NCBI GenBank assembly: GCA_965242865.1
Contig: CBDETK010000013.1
Span: 1,664,001-1,728,000 of the forward strand
Origin: Candidatus Latescibacterota bacterium
GTDB lineage: Bacteria > Latescibacterota > UBA2968 > UBA8231
DNA length: 64,000 nt
Reading direction: 5' to 3'
Below are positions 28,729-37,883 of the stretch, one piece after another (positions within the stretch are counted from its first letter, which is position 1; each line of letters begins with the position of its first letter). The translations under genes were made by a program, and so were the position numbers. The notes under the pieces are model-generated. The model saw only the letters and a program-made list of their open reading frames with translations. It was not told the origin of the DNA and did not search any database.

Positions 28729-29976
28729 ATGAAAAACGCGATCGCACTGCTGCTGCTCTCAACCGCCGTGGCCCAAGCGGCCGACTGGCCCCAGTGGCGC
28801 GGCCCCCAGCGCGACGGCATTTCCAGCGAAACCGGCCTTTTCACCACCGAGCGCCCTTTTGCCGAAGCATGGCGCGGCCCCCTCGGTCCGGGCTTTTCTG
28901 GCATCGCCGTTGCCGATGGCCGGGCCTTCACCCTGTTCGCCCACGGGGACGACGAGTTTGCGGTCTGCCTCGACGCCCAAACCGGCGAGGAACGCTGGCG
29001 CTTCCGCACCGGCCCGTACTACACTGAAACCCAAGGCGGCGATGGCCCGCGCTCAACGCCCACGGTCGATGGCGAGATCGTCTATGTGCTCGGTGCTCAC
29101 GGCCAGCTCTACGCCCTAGCGGCCGCCAGCGGCACCACGGTGTGGCAAAAGGACTTGGTCGCCGAGTTTGGCAGCAAAATGCCGCGGTGGGGGTTTAGTG
29201 CTTCCCCATTAGTTGAGGGCGATTTGCTCCTAATCGAAGCCGGCGGACGCAGCGGCAACTTCCTCGACTCCCTCACCGAAATGGTCGTCGATCGCCCGGT
29301 ACCCGCCACCGTCATCGCGTTCGACAAGGCCACCGGCCAAACCGCTTGGACCGCGCTCGACGACAAGATGGGGTACTCGTCGCCCATCGCCTTTACGGCC
29401 GGCGGTCAGCGCCAACTCGCCTTCTTTACCGGCTACGCCCTGACCGGCTTGGCCCCGGCCGACGGCCAGACCCTCTGGACGCATCCTTGGAAGACAGCTC
29501 ACGACATCAACGTCGCCACTCCGATCTTCATCCCGCCCAATCGCGTCTTTATCTCCTCGGGCTATGACAAGGGGGCCACGGTCTTGCAGATCGGCCCGAA
29601 CGCAGCGGTCGAGGAAATCTGGCGCAACAAAAAGATGAAGAACCAATTTTCCACCTGTGTGTACTACCAAGACCATCTCTACGGGTTTGACAAGACCATC
29701 CTCAAGTGCATTGACGCCCGCACCGGCGAGGAAAAGTGGAAGGCCCGAGGCTACGGCAACGGCACCCTAATCGCGGCCGACGGCCACCTCATCGTATTGG
29801 GCGAACAAGGCAATCTCGGCCTAGCCGAAGCCACGCCCGCCGGCTTCGACGTCAAGGTCAACTACCCCGCCTTACATGGCCGCTGCTGGACGGCCCCTTC
29901 GCTGGCCAATGGCCGCCTCTATATGCGCGACGAAAGGGAAATCGCCTGCCTCCAGATCCAAGGGGCGGCCCAATGA
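28729..29976 (+). CDS. Secreted PQQ-like beta-propeller protein
   Basis: Signal peptide, ADWPQWRGPQRDG, GPRSTP, YSSP, WTAPSLANGRLYMRD. Confidence 0.88.
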   Translation: MKNAIALLLLSTAVAQAADWPQWRGPQRDGISSETGLFTTERPFAEAWRGPLGPGFSGIAVADGRAFTLFAHGDDEFAVCLDAQTGEERWRFRTGPYYTETQGGDGPRSTPTVDGEIVYVLGAHGQLYALAAASGTTVWQKDLVAEFGSKMPRWGFSASPLVEGDLLLIEAGGRSGNFLDSLTEMVVDRPVPATVIAFDKATGQTAWTALDDKMGYSSPIAFTAGGQRQLAFFTGYALTGLAPADGQTLWTHPWKTAHDINVATPIFIPPNRVFISSGYDKGATVLQIGPNAAVEEIWRNKKMKNQFSTCVYYQDHLYGFDKTILKCIDARTGEEKWKARGYGNGTLIAADGHLIVLGEQGNLGLAEATPAGFDVKVNYPALHGRCWTAPSLANGRLYMRDEREIACLQIQGAAQ

Positions 29977-32072
29977 GGCATATCCGTGGTGCGTTGTGGG
30001 TCTTTGCGGTGTCGCTTACTACGACGCTGGCCCATGCCCAGCGCACGGCCGACTCCCTCCACGTCGTCGGCGAGACCATCGTCACGGGCGCGCGGCTGGC
30101 CATCCCCCGCGCCAACGCCATTGCCACCAAGATGCCGCTGCCCCTGCACAAAACCCCCTTGAGCGTCGGCATCGTCACCCAAGCCCAGATCGAAGCGCAG
30201 GATGGCGCGACACTCGGCGACGCGCTGGCCAACGTCAGTGGCGTTGGCGTCCACACCAACTTCGGCGTCCACGACCTGTTTTACCTGCGCGGCTTTGACT
30301 CGCTCGCCAACGGCTTGGTGCTCTCCGACGGAGCACCTGAACCCGAAGCGACCTTCTATCAGCTTTACAACGTAGCCCGCGTTGAGGCCCTCAAAGGGCC
30401 GGGGGCCTTCCTCTACGGCGGCAATCCCCTGTCGGGCACGATCAACCTCGTCCGCAAGCGGCCGGTTCCGGCCAGCCCTTTCGCCCGGATCAACGCCTCG
30501 GTCGGGAGCTTCTCCACTTACCGCGCTACCCTCGATGTGGGCCGCCCGGGGTGGCGCGTCAACGCTCTGTGGCAGGACTCGGAAGGCTACCGCGACGGCA
30601 AAGACAGTTCGATTCTCGCCGTAAACCCGACGCTGCGGCTGGACCTCGGCGCACGAGCGACCCTGCACCTCGACTTCGAGTACTTGACGAGCGAACACCG
30701 CTCGGACTCGGGGCTGCCCATCGTCAACGGCGCATTGCCCGACGTGCCGCGCACCCGCTCCTACCAGTCGCCCTTTGACCGCTCCTCTCAGGCCATCCAG
30801 CGCGCCCGCGCCGATTGGGAGTGGCACCTAACGCCTAATTTTACGGTGCGCGACAAACTCTACTACACCCACCTCGACTGGCCCTCGCAGGGCACCCTCT
30901 TCAACGGGGCTTTCCCCAATGCCGCTGGTTCGCTCGACCTCGCCCGCAGCTTGCTCGATCTCGACGACCAGCAGCGGATTGTCGGCAACCAACTCGAAGG
31001 GCTGCTCGCACTGCACACCGGCGGCATTGAGCACCAGCTCCTCTTGGGCGTGGAGATCGCCCACCACACAGACGACTTCACGCTCGACATGGCCTTGCTT
31101 TCGCAGGTCGATCTGTTCACCCTCAACGCGACGTTGCCGCCGAATTTGGCCGCCTCCATGTCGGCCGATTCCCTCCGGGTCCCCCTCCCCGACCAAGCGA
31201 CAGCCGGTCAGACCGCGGCGCAACTGCTGGCCCCCTACGTCGTCGATCGCATCATCGTCAGCCCGCACTTTGAGCTGTTGCTCGGAGGCCGCTTCGACTG
31301 GATTGACTACGAGGACGATCGCACCGCGACCCAGCGCGATTACCGACAGGTCAGCCCCATGTTCGGCGCGGTCTTTGCTCCGAGCCAAGCCCTTTCGCTA
31401 TACGTCAACGCGGGCCGCGCTTTTGCCGCGCCTTCCGCGCAAGTCGTCGGCGACCGCGCGCCCGAGGAAAGCACCCAATACGAAATCGGCGTCAAAGCCG
31501 CGCTGCTCAACGGCCACCTCAACCTCAACGGCGCGGTCTTTACCCTCGACAAAGAGCGCATCGCCATCCCGGACGACAACGGGATCACCCAGCAACTCGG
31601 CAACCAACGCGCTCGGGGCTTGGAGTTGGAACTGGCCGCGCAACGGTCCACATGGTACGCCCAAGGCACCTATACCTATCTAGACGCCGAGCTGACGCGC
31701 TTTAGCGAATCCGTATTCGTCCCCACCGCCGAGGGCTTCGTCCCCCAAGTATTCGACCGCACGGGCAACGCACCGGCCTTCGCGCCCGAGCACCTTTTGA
31801 CCCTGTGGGCGGCCCGCGACATGGGCAACTTCACCGTGGCCGCTGGCCTCCGCTACGTCGGCCGCCAATTCGTGGCCGAGGACAATGTCTATGCGATCGA
31901 CGGCGCGCTGACGCTCGACTGTGGGCTGACCTACCGGCAGGGGCCGGGACAGCTGCGGCTCAACCTCAAGAACGCAACCGGCCGCGCATACGAGACCCGC
32001 GGCTTCGGCAGCACCTCGGTCATTCCGGCGGCCCCTTTCTCCTTTAAGGCGACCCTAGGGTACTCGCTGTGA
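29973..32072 (+). CDS. TonB-dependent receptor (siderophore-receptor-like)
   Basis: ETIVTG TonB box, plug (LRGF, VEALKGPGAFLYG..GTINLVRK), barrel strands, C-terminal LGYSL. Confidence 0.92.
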   Translation: MRHIRGALWVFAVSLTTTLAHAQRTADSLHVVGETIVTGARLAIPRANAIATKMPLPLHKTPLSVGIVTQAQIEAQDGATLGDALANVSGVGVHTNFGVHDLFYLRGFDSLANGLVLSDGAPEPEATFYQLYNVARVEALKGPGAFLYGGNPLSGTINLVRKRPVPASPFARINASVGSFSTYRATLDVGRPGWRVNALWQDSEGYRDGKDSSILAVNPTLRLDLGARATLHLDFEYLTSEHRSDSGLPIVNGALPDVPRTRSYQSPFDRSSQAIQRARADWEWHLTPNFTVRDKLYYTHLDWPSQGTLFNGAFPNAAGSLDLARSLLDLDDQQRIVGNQLEGLLALHTGGIEHQLLLGVEIAHHTDDFTLDMALLSQVDLFTLNATLPPNLAASMSADSLRVPLPDQATAGQTAAQLLAPYVVDRIIVSPHFELLLGGRFDWIDYEDDRTATQRDYRQVSPMFGAVFAPSQALSLYVNAGRAFAAPSAQVVGDRAPEESTQYEIGVKAALLNGHLNLNGAVFTLDKERIAIPDDNGITQQLGNQRARGLELELAAQRSTWYAQGTYTYLDAELTRFSESVFVPTAEGFVPQVFDRTGNAPAFAPEHLLTLWAARDMGNFTVAAGLRYVGRQFVAEDNVYAIDGALTLDCGLTYRQGPGQLRLNLKNATGRAYETRGFGSTSVIPAAPFSFKATLGYSL

Positions 32073-33346
32073 GTGCCGGCGAACGCCTCAGCCGCGACGC
32101 GCTGGCCGCGCAGCAACTCAAGCGGCTGCACGCCCTGCTCCGCTCTGTGTTGGCGACCAACGCATGGTATCGCGGCAAGCTCAACGCGGTCGGGATCACG
32201 CGCGCCGAGGACGTCGCTTCCCTCGACGACTTGGCCCGCCTCCCCTTTACCACCCGCGCCGAGCTTTCCGCCGACCAAATCGCGCATCCCCCGTACGGCA
32301 CCAACCTCACCTATCCGCCCGAGCGCTACACCCGCATCCACCAAACCTCCGGCACCACCGGCCAGCGTCTGCGCTGGCTCGACACGGCCGCAAGCTGGGC
32401 ATGGTGGGGCCGCTGCTGGTCCCAAGTCTATGGCGCGGCCGGCGTCGGCGGGCGCGACCGCATCTTTTTCGCCTTTTCCTTTGGCCCCTTCATCGGCTTC
32501 TGGAGCGGGCACCAAGGGGCCAGCCACATCAACGCCCTGATCGTGCCCGGCGGCGGCATGTCTTCGGCCCAGCGCCTAGACGCCATCGTCGAAAACGAGG
32601 TCACCGTCCTCGTCTGTACGCCCACTTATGCCTTGCACTTGGGAGAAGTCGCCCGCGACCGCGGCCTCGACCTCGCCGCCAGCAGCGTCCACACCACCAT
32701 CCACGCTGGCGAACCGGGCGCGAACCTTCCGGCAACCCGCGCCCAAATCGAGCGCACTTGGGGCGCCCGCTGCTTTGACCACGCCGGGGCCACTGAGGTC
32801 GGCGCTTGGGGGTTCGACTGCGGCGAACAGGCCGGCTTGCACCTCAACGAGGGCGAGTTCATCTGCGAGGTCGTGGATCCGCAAAGCGACGCCCCGGCCG
32901 ACGAGGGCGAGCTGGTCCTCACCAATCTCGGTCGCACCGGGATGCCGGTCCTCCGCTACCGCACCGGCGACCGCGTCGCGCTCAATCGCGCACCCTGCGC
33001 GTGCGGCCGCACCTTCCTGCGGCTGCAGGGCGGCGTCATTGGCCGCCTCGACGACGCCTTGCTCATCCGCGGCGTGGTCGTCTATCCCAGCGCCATTGAA
33101 AACGTCGTGCGCCAGTTTGCCACGGTCACCGAATTTGCCGTGGACGTCCACCGCCGCCGCGCCCTCGACGAGTTGGAGGTGCGCCTAGAGGTCAATGGCC
33201 GCGCCCACGACACGGCCGACCAAGTGGCACGCGCCCTCGCCCATCGCCTCGGGCTGCGGGCCGCCATCCAAGTCGCCGCGCCCAATACCCTGCCCCGCTT
33301 TGAACTCAAGGCCCGGCGCGTCACCGATCACCGGACCGGCGCGTGA
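32069..33346 (+). CDS. Phenylacetate--CoA ligase-like (PaaK family) adenylating enzyme
   Basis: QTSGTTG, TPTYAL, AGEPG, GATE, RYRTGD, GRLDD..IRGV.VYP, KARR. Confidence 0.88.
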   Translation: MSAGERLSRDALAAQQLKRLHALLRSVLATNAWYRGKLNAVGITRAEDVASLDDLARLPFTTRAELSADQIAHPPYGTNLTYPPERYTRIHQTSGTTGQRLRWLDTAASWAWWGRCWSQVYGAAGVGGRDRIFFAFSFGPFIGFWSGHQGASHINALIVPGGGMSSAQRLDAIVENEVTVLVCTPTYALHLGEVARDRGLDLAASSVHTTIHAGEPGANLPATRAQIERTWGARCFDHAGATEVGAWGFDCGEQAGLHLNEGEFICEVVDPQSDAPADEGELVLTNLGRTGMPVLRYRTGDRVALNRAPCACGRTFLRLQGGVIGRLDDALLIRGVVVYPSAIENVVRQFATVTEFAVDVHRRRALDELEVRLEVNGRAHDTADQVARALAHRLGLRAAIQVAAPNTLPRFELKARRVTDHRTGA

Positions 33347-34578
33347 GCGACGTCATCGTCATCGGTGGGGGGCCGGCCGGCAGTACGGTCGCCGCCCTCG
33401 TGGCCGCAACCGGCCGCCAAGTCCAGCTCTTCGAGCGGGCGCAGTTCCCCCGCTTTGCCATCGGCGAGTCCCTGATGCCCGCAACCTACTGGACCTTCCG
33501 CCGGCTCGGGGTGCTCGACCAACTCAAAGCGAGTGCCTTCCCCCGCAAACACAGCGTGCAGTTTTTCGGCCCGTCGGGTCGCGGCTCAGCCCCCTTTTAC
33601 TTTGCGGATACCAACCCCCACGAAAGCGCGGTCACTTGGCAGGTCTTGCGCGGCCCCTTCGACGCAATGCTCCTCGACAACGCCCGCGCCAAAGGCGTCC
33701 AAGTGCATCAGGGTGCCCGGGTCCTCAATGTGCTGTGGGAAGGGGAGCGCGCCACCGGGGTACGCGCCAAGCTGGCCAATGGCCAAACCCGCGATTTTGC
33801 CGCGCAAGTCGTAGTCGATGCCACCGGCCAGAGCGCGCTAATTGGCCGCAAGCTCAAGCTGACCCAGCCCGAACCCAAGCTGAAAAAGGCTTCGATTTAC
33901 ACCCACTATCGCGGCGGCCAGCGCGACGACGGCATTGACGCCGGCGCGACCTTGATCCTCCACACCGCCAACCGGGACTCTTGGTTTTGGTACATTCCCC
34001 TGTCCGACGATGTGGTCAGCGTCGGCGTGGTCGGCGCGATCTCCTATTTGCTCCAAGGCCGCGCCGCCGACGCGCAAACCATCTTCGACCAAGAGCTGGC
34101 CCAATGCCGCCCCTTGCAAGAGCGACTGCAACGGGCCGAGCCACTTTTTCCGGTCAAAACCACCAAGGACTTTTCCTACCGCGCCCGCCGCATGGCCGGC
34201 GAGGGCTGGGTGCTGGTCGGCGACGCGTTCTGCTTTCTCGACCCGATGTATTCCTCGGGCGTGTACCTAGCCCTCAAATCCGGCGAGATGGCGGCCGACG
34301 CCATTGCCGGGGCCTTTGCCCAAGGCGACTTTTCGGCCGTGCAACTGGGCAGCTTCGGGCCGGAGCTGGTGCGCGGCATGGAGGCGGTGCGCAAAATGGT
34401 GTACGCCTTCTACGCCAAAGACTTCAGCTTCGCCGAATTCCTCAAGCACCATCCCGAATGCAAGCAGGGGGTCATCGACGTCCTCAGCGGCAACCTCTTC
34501 AGCGACCGCGTCGAGCCTATTTTCGGGCCGCTGAGCGCGGTGTGCCCCATGCCCGACCCCATCGCCTTGACGCGGTGA
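33343..34578 (+). CDS. Flavin-dependent halogenase-like oxidoreductase
   Basis: GGGPAGS, FPRFAIGESL, FPRK (candidate catalytic Lys), WFWYIPL (WxWxIP), GDAFCFLDPMYSSGV. Confidence 0.78.
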   Translation: MSDVIVIGGGPAGSTVAALVAATGRQVQLFERAQFPRFAIGESLMPATYWTFRRLGVLDQLKASAFPRKHSVQFFGPSGRGSAPFYFADTNPHESAVTWQVLRGPFDAMLLDNARAKGVQVHQGARVLNVLWEGERATGVRAKLANGQTRDFAAQVVVDATGQSALIGRKLKLTQPEPKLKKASIYTHYRGGQRDDGIDAGATLILHTANRDSWFWYIPLSDDVVSVGVVGAISYLLQGRAADAQTIFDQELAQCRPLQERLQRAEPLFPVKTTKDFSYRARRMAGEGWVLVGDAFCFLDPMYSSGVYLALKSGEMAADAIAGAFAQGDFSAVQLGSFGPELVRGMEAVRKMVYAFYAKDFSFAEFLKHHPECKQGVIDVLSGNLFSDRVEPIFGPLSAVCPMPDPIALTR

Positions 34579-34645
34579 CGCCGCTTTGCCTTTGTAGAGG
34601 CCGAGCGACGCCCCAACGCAACCACTGCTACCGCTGGAGCGCACC

Positions 34646-34873
34646 ATGAACGCCACCGTCCGCCGGCTCCTCTACTGGGGGCTTTTGGTCCTCTACCTCT
34701 TGCACAACGACCTCTGGCTCTGGGACGATCCGCGCATCGTCTGGGGGCTGCCCATTGGGTTGCTCTACCACATCGGCTTCTGCGGGGCCGCGGCCGGGCT
34801 GATGGTCTTGCTGGTCAACTACGCTTGGCCAGCCGAACTCGACGCGGAAGGCGAGGACCAGCAATCGACATGA
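34646..34873 (+). CDS. DUF3311-like small membrane partner of the symporter
   Basis: Two hydrophobic helices, LHNDLWLW, GLPIG; overlaps the symporter start. Confidence 0.75.
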   Translation: MNATVRRLLYWGLLVLYLLHNDLWLWDDPRIVWGLPIGLLYHIGFCGAAAGLMVLLVNYAWPAELDAEGEDQQST

Positions 34874-36324
34874 CCACGGCCATCATCTTCTGCTATCTAG
34901 GGCTCGTCCTCTGCATCGGCGTCCTCTCCAACCGCTTCTTTCGCGGCACGGGCGAGGACTACTTCGTGGCCAGCCGCTCCATCGGCCCCTTCCTGTTGCT
35001 GATGTCCCTGTTTGGCACCAACATGACCGCGTTTGCCATTTTGGGGGCCTCGGGCGAAGCCTATCACACCGGCATCGGCGTCTTTGCCCTCATGCCTTCG
35101 GGCGCGGCCCTCATTATCCCAGCGGTCTTTTTCTTCATCGGCCCCCGCGTCTGGGCGTTGGGCAAGCGGCACAACCTGCTCACCCAAGTCCAGTACTTCC
35201 GCCGCCGCTGGGACTCCGATGGCTTGGGGCTGCTGCTCTTCGCGGTCATGATCGCGCTGCTGATTCCCTACTTGCTCATCGGCGTCATGGGCGGCGGCAT
35301 CACCCTCGCCCAAGTTACCAAGGGGCAAATTCCCCAATGGGCCGGCGGCCTGCTGATCTGCTTGGTGGTGCTGACGTACGTCAGTTTCGGCGGCATGCGG
35401 AGCACGGCTTGGGCCAATGCCTTCCAAACGCTGGTCTTTATGATTCTCGGCGGCGCGACCTTCTTCGTCATCGTCGAGGAATTGGGCGGGCTAGACCACG
35501 CCCTAGCGCAAGTGGCCACCGCGCACCCCGAGCTGCTGATCAAGGGCGACCGCATCAGCCCGATCAAGCTGCTGACGTACACCTGCATCCCCCTGTCGGT
35601 GGGCATGTTCCCCCACCTGTTTACCCACTGGCTCACCGCCCGGAGCGCCCGCACCTTCCGCTATCCCCTGATGCTGTACCCGCTGTGCATCGCCATCGTC
35701 TGGATTCCGAGCGTCCTCTTGGGCATTTTCGGCCGCATTGACTTTCCCGGCCTCGAGGGCGCGGCCGCCAACTCCGTGCTGGTCAAGCTAATCGACCTCC
35801 ACGCGCCCGGGGCGCTGGCCGGCTTGCTCGCGGCCGGCGTCTTTGCCGCCATTATGTCCTCGCTCGACTCGCAGGTGCTCTCCATCAGCAACATGTTCAC
35901 CCAAGACGTCGTCCGGCACTACCGCCAGGGCGACGAACTGAGCGAAAAGGCCCAAGTCCTGTGGGGCCGCCTCTTTGTGATCGCGATCTTGGCCCTTACC
36001 TACGTGCTCTCGCTGGTCTCGGCCCGCAGCATCTTCTCGCTCGCGGTCTGGTCCTTCACCGGCTTTGCCGCGCTCTTTCCGGTGGTGGTCGCGGCCCTGT
36101 TCTGGAAGCGCAGCACCCAATATGGCGCTTGGGCCTCAGTGCTCACCGTGGCCGCGCTCTGGTCCTATTTCTTTTTTCAGGGGTGGAAAATCCCCGGCTA
36201 CACGGTCGGCATGACCGGGGTCATGCCCGTGGCCGTGATCCTCGCCGCTTCGGCCGCGGCCATGGTCGTCGGCTCGCTGCTGACTAAGCCCCCGGCCAAA
36301 ACCACCATCGATTCCTTTTTCTAA
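34870..36324 (+). CDS. Sodium:solute symporter (SSS family)
   Basis: DYFVASRSIG, GGMRSTAW, AAIMSSLDSQ, ~13 TM helices. Confidence 0.92.
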   Translation: MTTAIIFCYLGLVLCIGVLSNRFFRGTGEDYFVASRSIGPFLLLMSLFGTNMTAFAILGASGEAYHTGIGVFALMPSGAALIIPAVFFFIGPRVWALGKRHNLLTQVQYFRRRWDSDGLGLLLFAVMIALLIPYLLIGVMGGGITLAQVTKGQIPQWAGGLLICLVVLTYVSFGGMRSTAWANAFQTLVFMILGGATFFVIVEELGGLDHALAQVATAHPELLIKGDRISPIKLLTYTCIPLSVGMFPHLFTHWLTARSARTFRYPLMLYPLCIAIVWIPSVLLGIFGRIDFPGLEGAAANSVLVKLIDLHAPGALAGLLAAGVFAAIMSSLDSQVLSISNMFTQDVVRHYRQGDELSEKAQVLWGRLFVIAILALTYVLSLVSARSIFSLAVWSFTGFAALFPVVVAALFWKRSTQYGAWASVLTVAALWSYFFFQGWKIPGYTVGMTGVMPVAVILAASAAAMVVGSLLTKPPAKTTIDSFF

Positions 36325-36326
36325 CC

Positions 36327-37610
36327 ATGCGCCTCGCCTATATCACGGCCGGGGCCGCCGGCATGTACTGCGGCAGCTGCATTCACGACAACGCGCTCGC
36401 GGCCGCCTTGGTGCGCCGCAACGTCGATGTGGCCCTCATCCCGACCTATACCCCCCTGCGCACGGACGAGGAAAACGTCTCCCTCGACCGCGTCTTCTAC
36501 GGCGGCGTCAACATCTTCCTGCAACAGCAGTGGTCGTTTTTTCGCCGCACCCACCGCTTGTTCGACCGCGTCCTCGACGCGCCGTTTTTGCTCCGCATCC
36601 TCGCGCGCTTTGGCTCCTCAACCAACGCCCGCGACTTGGGGCCGCTCACGGTCTCGATTCTCGCCGGCGAGGAGGGAAACCAACAAAAGGAACTCACCCG
36701 CCTCGTCGCCTATCTCCAGCGCGACTTCAAGCCCGACCTCATCGAGCTGACCAACGCCCTGTTCGCCGGCATGGCCCGGCAACTGAAAGCGCGCCTCGGC
36801 GTCCCGGTCCTCTGCGCCCTCCAAGGCGAGGACCTCTTCTTGGACGGCCTGCCCGAACCCCACAAGACCCAAGCCCTAAAAATCCTGCGCCAACGCGCCC
36901 AAGACATCGACGCCTTCATCGCGCCGTGTGCGTATTACCAAACGCAGATGGCCGCGTACTTGCAGGTGCCGCGCACCAAAATCCACGTGGTCCCGCTCGG
37001 CCTCAACCTGACCGGCCACCGCCGCGAGCCACCGCCCGCCGATGGCCCGGACACAATCGGCTACCTCGCCCGGATATGCCCGGAAAAGGGCTTTCACCTG
37101 CTCGTTGAAGCCTTCGAGTGCTTAAAAGAGCAGCCCGAATTTGCCGCCCTCCGCCTCGAAGCGGCGGGCTACCTCAGCGCGTACGACAAGCCCTTTTTCG
37201 CCGAGCAAGTGCAAAAGCTCCGCCGCTGGGGGCTCGCCGATTCGTTTGCCTATCACGGCGCGGTCGATCGACGCGAAAAAATCCGCTTCCTCGGCTCGCT
37301 CCAAGTCTTTTCCGTCCCTTCGGTGTACGCCGATCCCAAGGGGCTGCCGGTTCTCGAAGCCTTGGCCAACGGCGTTCCGGTCGTCCAGCCCGACCACGGC
37401 GCATTCCCCGAGCTGATCGCGGCCACCGACGGCGGCCTGCTCGTCGAACCCGATTCCCCGGCGGCCCTCGCCAACGCGCTAGCCGCCTTGCTGCGCGACC
37501 CCAAGCGCCGACGCCAGCTCGGACAAACCGGCCAAGCAGCGGTCCACAATCGCTTCCACGCCGACGCCATGGCCGCGGCGACGCTCGCCGTGTACGAGCG
37601 GTATCTATAG
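36327..37610 (+). CDS. Glycosyltransferase family 4 with N-terminal CxxC
   Basis: GMYCGSC, ARICPEKG, GLPVLEALANGVPVV, GAFPE. Confidence 0.85.
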   Translation: MRLAYITAGAAGMYCGSCIHDNALAAALVRRNVDVALIPTYTPLRTDEENVSLDRVFYGGVNIFLQQQWSFFRRTHRLFDRVLDAPFLLRILARFGSSTNARDLGPLTVSILAGEEGNQQKELTRLVAYLQRDFKPDLIELTNALFAGMARQLKARLGVPVLCALQGEDLFLDGLPEPHKTQALKILRQRAQDIDAFIAPCAYYQTQMAAYLQVPRTKIHVVPLGLNLTGHRREPPPADGPDTIGYLARICPEKGFHLLVEAFECLKEQPEFAALRLEAAGYLSAYDKPFFAEQVQKLRRWGLADSFAYHGAVDRREKIRFLGSLQVFSVPSVYADPKGLPVLEALANGVPVVQPDHGAFPELIAATDGGLLVEPDSPAALANALAALLRDPKRRRQLGQTGQAAVHNRFHADAMAAATLAVYERYL

Positions 37611-37641
37611 AACTTAGGTCTCGTATTTGGACATATTTACG

Positions 37642-37800
37642 ATTCAATATGGGTTGCGGGCGTCCGAGCTGCCGTCGCGATACGAGAATTTCTTTATCTG
37701 CGCCCGGCTGCCGCACGACAAGTACCGGCCCGACAAGGCCAAGCGGCTCTTGGGGTGGGAGGCCAAGGATCGGTTTGAGGCCCTGTACCGGCGGCGGTAG
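37642..37800 (+). pseudogene. C-terminal remnant of a probable NAD-dependent epimerase/dehydratase
   Basis: Start-less frame ...IQYGLRASELPSRYENFFICARLPHDKYRPDKAKRLLGWEAKDRFEALYRRR*; KAKRLLGW is typical of extended-SDR C-termini; in-frame stop at 37615. Confidence 0.55.
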
Positions 37801-37883
37801 TACGTGCTTGCTATCTGCCCGAACTGAGCGTTATCTTTCTCAGTAGCATTTCATTTTGTTTCCCACCTAAAGAGAGGTTTTTT

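Noticed and set aside
16215-29976. PQQ biosynthesis, BamB or methanol dehydrogenase locus
   Set aside because: No pqq genes, no bamA/der context, no lipobox, and no MDH/ADH vicinal disulfide.
34646-34873. RiPP precursor for the radical SAM enzyme or halogenase
   Set aside because: It is a hydrophobic two-helix protein coupled to the symporter, typical of DUF3311-like partners; no RRE or SPASM domain is seen.
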